Assembly: GCA_964457915.1 (NCBI GenBank)
Contig: CAYWFM010000002.1
Span: forward strand, 1-60,510
DNA from: an uncultured Candidatus Saccharibacteria bacterium
GTDB taxonomy: Bacteria; Patescibacteriota; Minisyncoccia; Phycocordibacterales; SBAW01
Direction: 5' to 3'
Length of the DNA stretch: 60,510 nucleotides
The notes under the pieces: generated by a model
What the model saw: only the letters and a program-made list of their open reading frames with translations
Database searches by the model: none
Told to the model about the DNA's origin: nothing
In this document: in pieces, positions 21,340-31,129 of the stretch
Layout of the letters: every line of letters starts with the position of its first letter
Numbering within the stretch: position 1 is the stretch's first letter
Position numbers and translations under genes: made by a program

Positions 21340-24300
21340 ATGCACCATATTTTTCATACAACAAGGCCGCTGGTGTTCAAAATAGCAATACTTTTTGTTA
21401 TTTTTTCGATAGCTTTTTCTCCTGTGGTATCTGTGTATGCGCAAACGACCACGCCAATAAGCGAATTGCCACCGCCTTCAGTGGCGACGAACACGCCAGA
21501 CACTCCAACTCTGTCACTGCCGGTAGATGCTGGTGCTTCAGAAAGAAATATTTCTCCTGTAAATTTTGAAGCACCTACTCCACAAGTGCAGCCAGGCGCA
21601 CCCGGGGGTAATGAAAAGGCACTTGTCCCAGAATCGGCTGCTGCAGCCAACACAAACGAAGGCGCTGGTGTGGGGACTACTTTAAACAGAGCGGGCACCT
21701 TTTCAACCCAAAGTGCTGTCGATGAGACAGATAGTTTTAGTGGACTAGTCTCCACTCAAAATCCTTCGGGTCCTGACTATATGTCTGGTGCCGTAACATA
21801 CTCAGTACCTATAGCGATACCTCCTGGGCGCAATGGTATGCAGCCTAACGTGCAACTCACGTATAACAGTCAAAGGGCAGATCAATCTTCCATCGTCGGC
21901 TACGGGTGGGAATTGTCCATACCATATATTCAACGTCTTAATAAACAGGGGTGGGATAGTATCTATGATGAAGACGATTACTATTCGTCATTGAGTGGTG
22001 ATTTGGCAACCACCTCTGTCCTTGGGACTTTTCAGACCCGATCTGAGGATGGGCAGTTTCTCCAATACACATATGCAACCACCACCGGTTGGACAGTCAA
22101 AGATAAGAAGGGAGTAGTATACACTTTCGGTTCAAGCACCCTTGCTCGACAAGACGATCCTGCGAATCCCTCACATGTTTATAAATGGATGCTTACAGAA
22201 GTGCGTGACAGTAACGGCAATTTCGTTACCTATCAATATATTAAAGATGGTAACCAGATATATCCCTCAACCATTACCTATACCAATTCTGCTTCATCGA
22301 CAGGTATATTTAGTATCGAATTTTCACGGGAATCGCGACCAGATAATGCAACTTCCACCTACCTTGGTGGCTTTGGTGTAAAAAGTGCATATCGTATTTC
22401 TGAAATTATTTCCAAGGTTAACGGTGTGTGGACTCAAAAATACACCCTTGCATATTTAGCGGGTGATAATGGGCGGCGCTCGCTGCTCGCAGCTGTCACA
22501 CAATCAGGCCAAGATGAAAAGGGCGTGCTTACCACACTGCCGCCCACCACGTTTAATTATCAGTCTTCAACTACGACCAAGGGGTGGGTGGAGAATCCTC
22601 AATGGGGACTTCCTATCGGTTTAGCTTTGCCGAGCGTTTTCCTTTCTGATTACTCTGGCGACGGGTTGCTAGATGTAATTTATCAGCTAGATGATCTCGC
22701 TGATTCGCCAAACGCTCATGCAAAACTCAACCTAGGAACGGGTAACTGGAGTGAAGCCTCTACGACATGGTACGAGCCGGGGTATATGGGTGTTCCTGGT
22801 TGGCGCATGGGCGACATGAACGGTGATGGTTGGTCAGATGCTGTTTATAGTTCAGACGACCCCATGTTCACTTTTAATCGAGTATATATAAACGTTGGGG
22901 CAGGATGGGTGCTTAGCACGAGCACGGTGCCTATACCGTTTAATAACGCAAAAAGTACATTCCTTATTGATGTAAACGGTGATGGTCTTTCTGATGCGGT
23001 ACAGTCGTATACAAGTGGGCAAGAGATTTTGCAATATAATCGTGTGTTTATTAACGATGGAAACGGTGGTTGGATGGATGAAAGTACCACAACATGGCAA
23101 ATGCCCCCACTATATATGAATGCATACGGCAATCGTATGTTTGATGTGAATGGTGACGGTCTGCCAGACATCTTGCGCAAAGATAATACCACTGGTGACA
23201 ATCGGACTTATATAAACACAGGGCATGGATGGATATATGACGAAGCATGGAGCCATTTGCCGCGATTAGTGGATCCCGGAGCGTGGTTCATTGATGTTAA
23301 TGGAGACGGTATTCCAGACATACTATTTTCGGCCGACTATGGTGGCACGGCACAGTACGAGGAGGCATATATAGGTGATGGGTATGGGGGTTTTAACTTA
23401 GACACAGGATGGGTGCCACCTTTGCGATTGATGGGAAAGTACAACATGCCGGTTGACCTGAACGGGGATGGTATGCCAGACATGCTCGATTCATTTAATC
23501 TGACGGTTCGGCTTAATAAAGCTCTCAAGGCAGATCTTCTCTCGCAAGTCACGACACCAACGGGGGCAAAAACGTCATTCGGATATAAAATGACCACCGC
23601 GTACCGCGACGTGTCGGGGGGTATGCTCAATCCGCATTTGCAATATCCATTACTTACCGTTAACACGATCACGACGAATGATGGATTTGGGAATGTAGCC
23701 ACAACTACCTATGAATACAAGGATGGAGTTAACTACTATGCGAGCGCTTTTGATCATCAGTTAGGGGGATTTGGTCTTGTGACCAAGACGGATACTTTTG
23801 GGAATGTCACCAAAACATATTTTCACACCGGTGGTGGTACTGATGCGGCGCACGGCGAATATGCAGACTCGCGATATAAAATAGGGAGGGCGTATCGGAC
23901 AGAGGTGTATGATGACGCCAACCGTCTGTATAGCAAAACCATATATAGATGGGACAGTACTCCCGTGAGTACTAATGCAGCTTTTGTGTATCTGGCGCAA
24001 GCTGTTGAATCATCCTATGACGGTGGGTCCACACACAAAGATAGTGCCGAGCAATATACGTATGACTCCACAGGGAACCTTACACTTAAAAAACAATATG
24101 GGCAGGTACAAGGGAATGATGATGGGACATATGGCGATGTGGGGTCTGATCTTGTATCAACCACGTACACCTATGCGGCTAACGGATCGACCGCAACAGG
24201 TTTTTTGGCTAGCGCTTTAGTGCAGGATCAGAGTAGTACTAAAGTCCGCGAAGCTCGCTACTACTATGACAATCTCTCTTTAGGTAGTGTAACCGTTGGC

Positions 24301-27300
24301 AATCAAACCAAAGGGGAGGATTGGATATCAGGCTCACTGTATGCCTCTACTACTAAGACCTATGGCATGTATGGATTTGTGGTGGGAGCGACAAATCAGA
24401 GTGGAGGGGTGACGACGTATGTGCCGGACACGTACTACTTGTACCCAGCCACTACCACTAATCCGCTGAACCAATCGACGAGCTACCAGTATAACTATGC
24501 TCTCGGAAAGGTGATACGTGCTGTAGATCCTAATGGCAGCGTGAGTACGACGACCTATGATGGATTAGGCAGACCTCTTTTTATTGGAGTTACAGATCCA
24601 CAAACTGGCGCTTTAGTAACACGCACCGTGTACGCATATACCGATAGTGCTACGCCAGGGGGCACTAAAGTTGCACAAACCGACTACCAAACAGCCGCGA
24701 CGAGCACGGCAACCTATACCTATTTTGATACCCAAGGTAAGCCAGTCCAAAAAAGAGTCCAGGTGGGTGGGAATAATACGTACGCGATTACTGACACTAT
24801 ATACAACAGGCTTGGATTGGTTGGTTTGCAGAGTTTGCCATACTTTGCCTCAAGTACCGGCCGGACAGGCGCCACCACAACAATCGCTTTGTACTCGACA
24901 TACTTCTACGATGCTCTTTGGAGAGTGATAAAAGTAACTGATGGAGTCGGAAGCACTACCTATACATATAAACCTTGGCAGACGACTGTTGTAGACCCTC
25001 GCAGTAACCCAAAACTACTGCAGTATGATGCGTATAAAAATTTAGCAACGGTGGTTGAGTTTAACGCCACCTCTACAGGCACTACTACGTATGCCTATGA
25101 TGCGAGCAATAATCTAGTGAATGTTACTGATGCGCAAGGTAACACTCGTGCGTTTACGTATGATGGGCTAGGGAGGCGGACATCAGCACAAGATTTACAT
25201 GCGCCAGGCGACCCAACTTTCGGCACATGGGCGTACGTTTATGACGCTGCAAATCTTCGCCAGTCGGTGGATCCAAAAGGTCAGGTGGTCAATTACACTT
25301 ACGATGTGCTCAACCGCCCACTTACCGAAGATTACACAGGCTCGCCCGGCACTGAGGTACTCAATACCTATGACAGCTGCTCGAAAGGTATAGGGCAGCT
25401 CTGTGCAGCAAGTTCTACCTCGGCCTACATAACCTACACATACAACCCGCTCGGGTTGCGCGCGAGCGAAACAGCAAAGATTGTGGGTACTACTACGACG
25501 TTTACTACGTCATATCTCTATGACCAAATCGGGAATCAAACATACATAACCTATCCCGACGGATCAAAAGTGCAGTATGTATATACCTCAGGTAATCAGA
25601 TAGATGCTGTGTTTGAAAAAGAAGGAGGTGTGGGCACCGCAACCACTACTATAGTGAGCAAATTCACCTACGCTCCTACGGGGGATATTGCCACCGTGCA
25701 ATATGGCAACGGAGCAACTACTACCAATAGGTATGATGCAAACACTCTGTACAGATTGGCTAGCAGAGTAACCGCAACACCGACCGCTGGGCGTGCACAA
25801 GATCTGACCTATACCTACGACACGGTGGGGAATATCACCCAAATCACGGACGCTTCAAACTCTGCGACCAACAAAGTAGTTAGATATGCATATGACGCTC
25901 TCAATCGACTCACCGCAGCATCAACGACCAGTGCAACAACAACCCCTGATTACAGCTATAGCTATACCTATGACAAACTCGGTAACATCACGAGCGGGCC
26001 CGCGGGTGTATATGCATACTTGGGCAATGTTGGCTCTACCTATGCAAACCCACATGCGCTAACGGCGCTCTATGTAGCTACTTCAACGCGACTTGCAGAT
26101 ACTATTGCGACCTCAACTATTCTTCTTGAGTCTACATCAACGAATATATCTTCCGGCCTTACAGGCACGACCACAAAAACATGGGTGCACCCGACAGTAT
26201 CAAGCAAGGCGCTCGTGGTTCTTTCTGCAGAAATCCTTGGGCATGTTGTCGGAGGAGGGTTTGTGGGATCTTCAACATGGAACGGGAGCCCCCTGGGCCG
26301 TATTCGGTATACTCGTAATGGAGTTATTAACACAGAGGTGTGGTATACCGTCGCTACGACAAGTGGCCCAGGTGTCTTATCGGTAAATATTACGGGAGAC
26401 TCAGATGCTATCAAACTCAACGCTGCATCTTTTGTGGGGGTTGCGACAACTTCACCCTTGGTCGCCTCGAATGTAGTCGGGGGGAGTAGTGGGAATCCGC
26501 CAATTGCGCTCCCTATGACCCCTAAAAATGCTCTGGTGGTGGCTGTGCTCACCCGCAACTCAACCACCAGTGCTACAACCAATCGCACTGCTATTAGTAA
26601 TGACACAACAGGCCCGATACTGAGCGCATCGAGTTATCAACTGGCGACCACTAGTGGGACGACTACTGACACTTACACTGGGGCGGCGGCACAAGGTTGG
26701 ACTATGATCATGGTCGCGTTTAAAGCGGCTACTACGACTGTGTTTGGTGGCTTTGGTACAACAACGGCTACCACCACCCTTGTGTATGACCAAAATGGCA
26801 ACTTGCTTAGTGAGGGTGTCTCTACCTACGCATGGGACTACAAAAACAGATTGGTTCAAAGTGGAGACGGAGTCGCAACTTCGACCTATGGGTATGACCA
26901 GAATGGTACTCGAGTAAAAACAGTTGAAAAAGGATATACGACTCTGTATCCAAACAAGCTTTACAATGTGATGCTTGGAGGAAACGCAACCACCACCAAG
27001 CACATCTTCGCAAACAATCTGCTGCTCGCGACTGTTGAGAACATCGCGGCGCCACTCAGCGGTTGGGTGAGTACTTCGACCATCGCCATCGCTGCAACCT
27101 CAACTAATGTTACGGTTGGTTTCGCAAGCTCCACGGTGCGCACATGGACGCATATGGTCACAGCGCCAAACTCGCTGGTAGTGTTGTATGCAGATATTCT
27201 CCAAAATACTGCTACAGGCACGGTGAGCTCTGCCACACTCAATGGCGCCGCCTTCACAAAGGCTACCTCGACGCTCCAGGGGACCATGGACGCCGAGCTT

Positions 27301-28683
27301 TGGTACGTACTAGCGATCACCTCAGGATCAAAAACAGTAGTTGTAAATGTGGCGGGTAATACCAATGCAATTAAACTCGCCGCTGCCTCCTTCATCGGCA
27401 CAACTCTCGTTAATCCTCTGGGCAACACCACAAAAGCAGTAGGCACCACCGGCTCTCCCACCATCAGCATCACCCCTGCGGCTAAAACCGACCTCCTAAC
27501 GACAACACTCTCGCGCAATGGCACGAGTGATGCTACCTCTACCGCTCTTTCAATATACAAAGACAACCTCATCGCAACCCTGGGCGCTGCAAGCTACCAG
27601 TTTGCCACCACCACTAAGGCATATACCGACACCTACCTCGGTGCGACAACCACCAACTGGGCTTTGGTAGCAGCCACCTTCAAACCTGCCACCACTACCG
27701 TAGGAGCAGTAGCAACCTCCACCCTGCGCTACTTTGCTACCGACAATCTCTCTGGCGCCAACGTTGTCATGGATACCACAGGCACCATAGTCGAAACTCT
27801 CGACTACTACCCATATGGTGCGCTGCGTATTGATACCAAAGCAGGAGCCTATACCGGAGAGAAGCGTAAATATGCAGGTACTGAGTACGACGCGGGTAGT
27901 GGATTAAACTACATGAATGCGCGTTACTACGAGGGGTCTCGCGGTCAGTTCCTTTCACAGGACCCTGTGTTCTGGGAAGTGGGCCAGACTAAGGACGGCA
28001 TAAGAGCTTTATCAGACCCTCAATCAATGAACAGTTATTCTTATGCGGGCAATAATCCGATCACTCAAAGTGACCCAAATGGCCGTTGGTATAAGGAGTT
28101 CGTAACTGGCCAACAATCCTTCTCGAGTTTCTATGGTGAAGTCGGCGAAGCGGCAAATTATCTTGGTCAAAGTAGTCCGGCATGGAATTATGCAATGAAT
28201 AATCCATATACAACCGGAGCGGTAGTTGGAGTGGGTTCAGGACTTGCAGCATACGGTGCGTCAGCAGCACTAACATCACTTAGCGTAGATGCTCTTTCGG
28301 GAATCGGAACTCGATCCATGGGAAATCTGTCTAGATTGGAGTCTCTTCCTCAAACAACGCAAGTACCGGGTAAGCTTGATCTTCTTTCACAACAAACTGG
28401 AAAATCTGTTGGCCAATTACTACAAGAAGCTTCACAAAGCGGTAAACCTTACATCGATTTCCGTAACGGGGGGAATATAAATATCCTTAATCAAAGCGGA
28501 TTGCCAAACACACTTAGTCGCATTACGACAAATCCTCAAATTACAAAAATTATTTCAGCTGGGCGTATGGAAACCTCGCAGGTGTCAAATCTGGTAAGAT
28601 CGGGTAACATGCAAGGTCTCCAATCAACCTTGTCGGGCCTGTCTAAGGTTCTTGGACAAATATCAAAATTATTGTCAAAATAG
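21340..28683 (+). CDS. RHS/YD-repeat polymorphic toxin (WapA/TcB-TcC-like) with Sec signal, SpvB-like N-domain, FG-GAP/VCBS repeats, RHS core and variable C-terminal domain
   Basis: 2447 aa. It has a signal-like N-terminus (IAILFVIFSIAFSPVVSVYAQ), an SpvB-type motif (SGAVTYSVPIAIPPGRNGMQPNVQLTYNS), repeated D.NGDG.(P/S)D motifs and many YD repeats (YTYDGLGR, YAYDALNRL). The RHS core reads YYPYGALR...GTEYDAGSGLNYMNARYYEGSRGQFLSQDP...DPNGRW. Confidence 0.9.
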   Translation: MHHIFHTTRPLVFKIAILFVIFSIAFSPVVSVYAQTTTPISELPPPSVATNTPDTPTLSLPVDAGASERNISPVNFEAPTPQVQPGAPGGNEKALVPESAAAANTNEGAGVGTTLNRAGTFSTQSAVDETDSFSGLVSTQNPSGPDYMSGAVTYSVPIAIPPGRNGMQPNVQLTYNSQRADQSSIVGYGWELSIPYIQRLNKQGWDSIYDEDDYYSSLSGDLATTSVLGTFQTRSEDGQFLQYTYATTTGWTVKDKKGVVYTFGSSTLARQDDPANPSHVYKWMLTEVRDSNGNFVTYQYIKDGNQIYPSTITYTNSASSTGIFSIEFSRESRPDNATSTYLGGFGVKSAYRISEIISKVNGVWTQKYTLAYLAGDNGRRSLLAAVTQSGQDEKGVLTTLPPTTFNYQSSTTTKGWVENPQWGLPIGLALPSVFLSDYSGDGLLDVIYQLDDLADSPNAHAKLNLGTGNWSEASTTWYEPGYMGVPGWRMGDMNGDGWSDAVYSSDDPMFTFNRVYINVGAGWVLSTSTVPIPFNNAKSTFLIDVNGDGLSDAVQSYTSGQEILQYNRVFINDGNGGWMDESTTTWQMPPLYMNAYGNRMFDVNGDGLPDILRKDNTTGDNRTYINTGHGWIYDEAWSHLPRLVDPGAWFIDVNGDGIPDILFSADYGGTAQYEEAYIGDGYGGFNLDTGWVPPLRLMGKYNMPVDLNGDGMPDMLDSFNLTVRLNKALKADLLSQVTTPTGAKTSFGYKMTTAYRDVSGGMLNPHLQYPLLTVNTITTNDGFGNVATTTYEYKDGVNYYASAFDHQLGGFGLVTKTDTFGNVTKTYFHTGGGTDAAHGEYADSRYKIGRAYRTEVYDDANRLYSKTIYRWDSTPVSTNAAFVYLAQAVESSYDGGSTHKDSAEQYTYDSTGNLTLKKQYGQVQGNDDGTYGDVGSDLVSTTYTYAANGSTATGFLASALVQDQSSTKVREARYYYDNLSLGSVTVGNQTKGEDWISGSLYASTTKTYGMYGFVVGATNQSGGVTTYVPDTYYLYPATTTNPLNQSTSYQYNYALGKVIRAVDPNGSVSTTTYDGLGRPLFIGVTDPQTGALVTRTVYAYTDSATPGGTKVAQTDYQTAATSTATYTYFDTQGKPVQKRVQVGGNNTYAITDTIYNRLGLVGLQSLPYFASSTGRTGATTTIALYSTYFYDALWRVIKVTDGVGSTTYTYKPWQTTVVDPRSNPKLLQYDAYKNLATVVEFNATSTGTTTYAYDASNNLVNVTDAQGNTRAFTYDGLGRRTSAQDLHAPGDPTFGTWAYVYDAANLRQSVDPKGQVVNYTYDVLNRPLTEDYTGSPGTEVLNTYDSCSKGIGQLCAASSTSAYITYTYNPLGLRASETAKIVGTTTTFTTSYLYDQIGNQTYITYPDGSKVQYVYTSGNQIDAVFEKEGGVGTATTTIVSKFTYAPTGDIATVQYGNGATTTNRYDANTLYRLASRVTATPTAGRAQDLTYTYDTVGNITQITDASNSATNKVVRYAYDALNRLTAASTTSATTTPDYSYSYTYDKLGNITSGPAGVYAYLGNVGSTYANPHALTALYVATSTRLADTIATSTILLESTSTNISSGLTGTTTKTWVHPTVSSKALVVLSAEILGHVVGGGFVGSSTWNGSPLGRIRYTRNGVINTEVWYTVATTSGPGVLSVNITGDSDAIKLNAASFVGVATTSPLVASNVVGGSSGNPPIALPMTPKNALVVAVLTRNSTTSATTNRTAISNDTTGPILSASSYQLATTSGTTTDTYTGAAAQGWTMIMVAFKAATTTVFGGFGTTTATTTLVYDQNGNLLSEGVSTYAWDYKNRLVQSGDGVATSTYGYDQNGTRVKTVEKGYTTLYPNKLYNVMLGGNATTTKHIFANNLLLATVENIAAPLSGWVSTSTIAIAATSTNVTVGFASSTVRTWTHMVTAPNSLVVLYADILQNTATGTVSSATLNGAAFTKATSTLQGTMDAELWYVLAITSGSKTVVVNVAGNTNAIKLAAASFIGTTLVNPLGNTTKAVGTTGSPTISITPAAKTDLLTTTLSRNGTSDATSTALSIYKDNLIATLGAASYQFATTTKAYTDTYLGATTTNWALVAATFKPATTTVGAVATSTLRYFATDNLSGANVVMDTTGTIVETLDYYPYGALRIDTKAGAYTGEKRKYAGTEYDAGSGLNYMNARYYEGSRGQFLSQDPVFWEVGQTKDGIRALSDPQSMNSYSYAGNNPITQSDPNGRWYKEFVTGQQSFSSFYGEVGEAANYLGQSSPAWNYAMNNPYTTGAVVGVGSGLAAYGASAALTSLSVDALSGIGTRSMGNLSRLESLPQTTQVPGKLDLLSQQTGKSVGQLLQEASQSGKPYIDFRNGGNINILNQSGLPNTLSRITTNPQITKIISAGRMETSQVSNLVRSGNMQGLQSTLSGLSKVLGQISKLLSK

Positions 28684-28687
28684 CTAT

Positions 28688-28972
28688 ATGGATACCGTTA
28701 AAAAACTAATCGATTCGTTTTTAGGTCAGGAAATAACCCTTGATGATTTTTTTAGTTCCATTAGTAAGTTTTACGCGCCCGATAGTCTAGAATGGAAGAA
28801 TTTGACCCAAGAGGAACAAGACTTCATATATGAAATCTATGAAAAGGCAACGTATGCTGCCGACGGGCTTTCCAAAGCTGACCCTGATAGAAAATATGGA
28901 GTTATCGATCAAGATGACTTCAAGAAATGGCTAGGTGAAATAAAAGAGAAGAATATCCAGTTCTGGAAATAG
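28688..28972 (+). CDS. small acidic protein immediately downstream of the RHS toxin (candidate immunity protein)
   Basis: 94 aa from the ATG at 28688, 5 nt after the RHS stop. It is AT-rich like the toxin tail. The function is assigned from position only. Confidence 0.5.
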   Translation: MDTVKKLIDSFLGQEITLDDFFSSISKFYAPDSLEWKNLTQEEQDFIYEIYEKATYAADGLSKADPDRKYGVIDQDDFKKWLGEIKEKNIQFWK

Positions 28973-28979
28973 ATCGATA

Positions 28980-29210
28980 ATGAAATACAGTGAATTTGCC
29001 CTGCCTTTACTAGCATTTGCATTAGGGGTTTGGCTTTTGATCCAGATTAAAAATGAAGTGGAAACAGGTGCACTTCGATTGAAAAGTGGAGGAAAAACTT
29101 ATCGAAAGGAACACCCAAATCAGTTTTTATTTGGAATAGTAATACAGAGTGTAATCGCAGGAATTCTCATCATATATCCGCTGGTGCATTTTTCGTTTCT
29201 TTTTCTTTAA
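28980..29210 (+). CDS. small two-TM membrane protein (alternative immunity candidate)
   Basis: 76 aa with two hydrophobic helices (LPLLAFALGVWLLI; FLFGIVIQSVIAGILIIYPLV). It starts 8 nt after the previous stop. Confidence 0.4.
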   Translation: MKYSEFALPLLAFALGVWLLIQIKNEVETGALRLKSGGKTYRKEHPNQFLFGIVIQSVIAGILIIYPLVHFSFLFL

Positions 29211-30169
29211 GTGAGAACAGTGGCACATCTTTCATCTTTCTTTTGCTTGATCCAATCATAGAATTGAAATCCATTACACTGATTCGAGTGCCACCTGTCT
29301 TTTTCCAAAATTGAGCCATTCGTTCAGCCCACTCGATTTCAGTAGTGATTTTGTATTCAATCTTTGTAGTTTCGATCTCTCCATCGTCATTTCGTTCTCC
29401 AGATTTTACAGGAACATAGCCGTGTGGCTCGACTAGATTCTTGTAGTAGACAACATGGTCGACAAAGTCTAAGAAGAATTGCCGATATGTCTCGAAGTCT
29501 TTGCATTGTTGAAGTCGTACCCTGATCTCATCGCAGTATTGAGCAATACTCAGTTCGATCGCTGCTGGTTTATGTAGTAAGGGTATCCGCTTTACCAGAT
29601 CCAACTTCTCGTTAGCCAGTTCACTAATCTCCTTATCGTATTCAGCGCTCTTTTTTGCATACTCTGCCCGTTCGGCACCACCATTAGCATAGAGTTCAAG
29701 AATTCGTTTTTTTAGCAATACTGATAGCTCTTAGTCTGGTTTCTATCTTTCCGAGATGGCGCTGTAGTCGCATTTGAGATGCGCGTCCATCACTTTTGAA
29801 GATATCCATGTGCTTCTTGAGTGTCTCCGGTTTTACAACTTCTTCTCTAAAAAGTTTGTAAACTTTCTCCTCAAGGATTGATGTTTTTATTTCATTGTTG
29901 TCGCACTTCCGAAGATTCGACTTTTTGGAATGCTGTAATATTCGGATTGTCCAATTGCACTTGTACGATGCTCGGTGATAGACCTTGTGCGGAGTACTTC
30001 GTTTATCGACGTAATAGCGGCGGTATGCATAACAGCTTCCGCCGCATCCTCCACACCGAATCAGGTTTGATAGTAGTTGCGGTATTCGTGGGTTGCGATA
30101 TTTCTTCCTGTAGTAGTCAATTTTATCTTGAACCTTATTGAACAACTCCTTGGAGATAATCGGAGGCAC
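29170..30169 (-). pseudogene. large serine recombinase remnant (5'-truncated, frameshifted)
   Basis: Two overlapping - ORFs (29696-30169 and 29170-29718) together encode a recombinase-domain end, a Zn-ribbon (CGGCGGSCYAYRRY...YKCN) and a coiled-coil tail. The N-terminal resolvase catalytic domain is absent, and an in-frame TAA lies immediately upstream of 30169. Confidence 0.6.
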
Positions 30170-30296
30170 TTAAAAAGCAATTACAAGCAAGCACCAGGGA
30201 TCCGGGTAGACCTAAAATATTATGACACAAAACATGTAAATAAAAGGTGACTGACCCTATTGACTATTGATGGCTTTGGAGGGAAATGAAGAGTTT

Positions 30297-30536
30297 TTAT
30301 CTAAATAGTTCTAAAAAACCAAATCCTAGCAAAATAATAGACACTAACACGATTACCATTCGAACATAGACGCTATCCATGTTGTCTGCTTGAAACTTGA
30401 ATACTTTCAAACCAGTTCGAAGATAACAATGATTAAGAAGTTTAATCGAGATTTGTATAAAAGTATTTGAAAAGATAAGTAATAGTAAAGCAATTGTGAT
30501 GTTTATAAGTGAATCTAAATTATTTAATGTAAACAT
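30297..30536 (-). CDS. small hydrophobic ORF in AT-rich DNA
   Basis: 79 aa with two hydrophobic segments and no recognisable family. Confidence 0.25.
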   Translation of the reverse strand: MFTLNNLDSLINITIALLLLIFSNTFIQISIKLLNHCYLRTGLKVFKFQADNMDSVYVRMVIVLVSIILLGFGFLELFR

Positions 30537-30676
30537 ATATTTTGCTATTAAAAATTAATCAGTCCTAACATCTTATGATCTCACGCCGATTCTACCACTT
30601 TAGTGGGGACAGATATCAATAAGTGACGAAAATTGTTGTGTATACTCAAGAGAGTTATTAGGTAAACGTATACGAT

Positions 30677-30922
30677 ATGCATACAAGACTTGTGATGGCG
30701 AGTGCAGGGGCCGCGCTACTACTTACTATGGGGGTCACGACAATAGCAGCAGCACAGATTACGCCAGGAGGTGGGGATGTGCCAGGGACTACTCAAGATT
30801 GTAAAAATGGCGGCTGGGTCACTCTGAGCGATGGTTCATCGTACTTTAAAAACCAGGGTGACTGTGTAAGTTATGTCGCTACTGAAGGCAGTAATCTCGC
30901 TGCCGGAAACCCTGTCCTCTAG
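30677..30922 (+). CDS. small secreted protein
   Basis: 81 aa with a signal-peptide-like N-terminus (MASAGAALLLTMGVTTIAAAQ) and two Cys. It is followed by a strong terminator. Confidence 0.5.
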   Translation: MHTRLVMASAGAALLLTMGVTTIAAAQITPGGGDVPGTTQDCKNGGWVTLSDGSSYFKNQGDCVSYVATEGSNLAAGNPVL

Positions 30923-30960
30923 GAGGGAGAAGAGTTTAAGTGCGTTTGTGGGCACAGTGA

Positions 30961-30994
30961 GCAAAAACACCTCCGTAGCAGGAGGTGTTTTTGC
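30961..30994 (+). terminator. rho-independent terminator
   Basis: GCAAAAACACCTCC-GTAGCA-GGAGGTGTTTTTGC followed by a T-rich tract. Confidence 0.8.
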
Positions 30995-31055
30995 TATTTA
31001 TTTTTTGACATTTTTGCGCTAGAATGCTCCTGCCTGCCCCTTGGGGCTGGCATTT

Positions 31056-31129
31056 GCAGTGGTAGCTCAACTGGTTAGAGCACCCGCCTGTCACGCGGGA
31101 GGTTGCGGGTTCGAGTCCCGTCCGCTGCG
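31056..31129 (+). tRNA. tRNA-Asp (GTC)
   Basis: Acceptor GCAGTGG/CCGCTGC, D arm GCTC-AACTGGTTA-GAGC, anticodon arm CCCGC-CTGTCAC-GCGGG, T arm GCGGG-TTCGAGT-CCCGT, discriminator G. No CCA is encoded. Confidence 0.9.

Noticed and set aside
26070-27572. Long minus-strand ORFs (26070-26606, 26560-27003, 26961-27572) inside the RHS gene.
   Set aside because: They are antisense to a continuous 2447-aa ORF with clear RHS motifs. Such shadow ORFs are typical of repetitive Thr/Ser/Ala-rich coding sequence.
31005-31025. TTGACA ... TAGAAT upstream of tRNA-Asp as a canonical promoter.
   Set aside because: The two hexamers are separated by only 9 nt, not 16-18. At most the TAGAAT could act as a -10 element with a different upstream contact.
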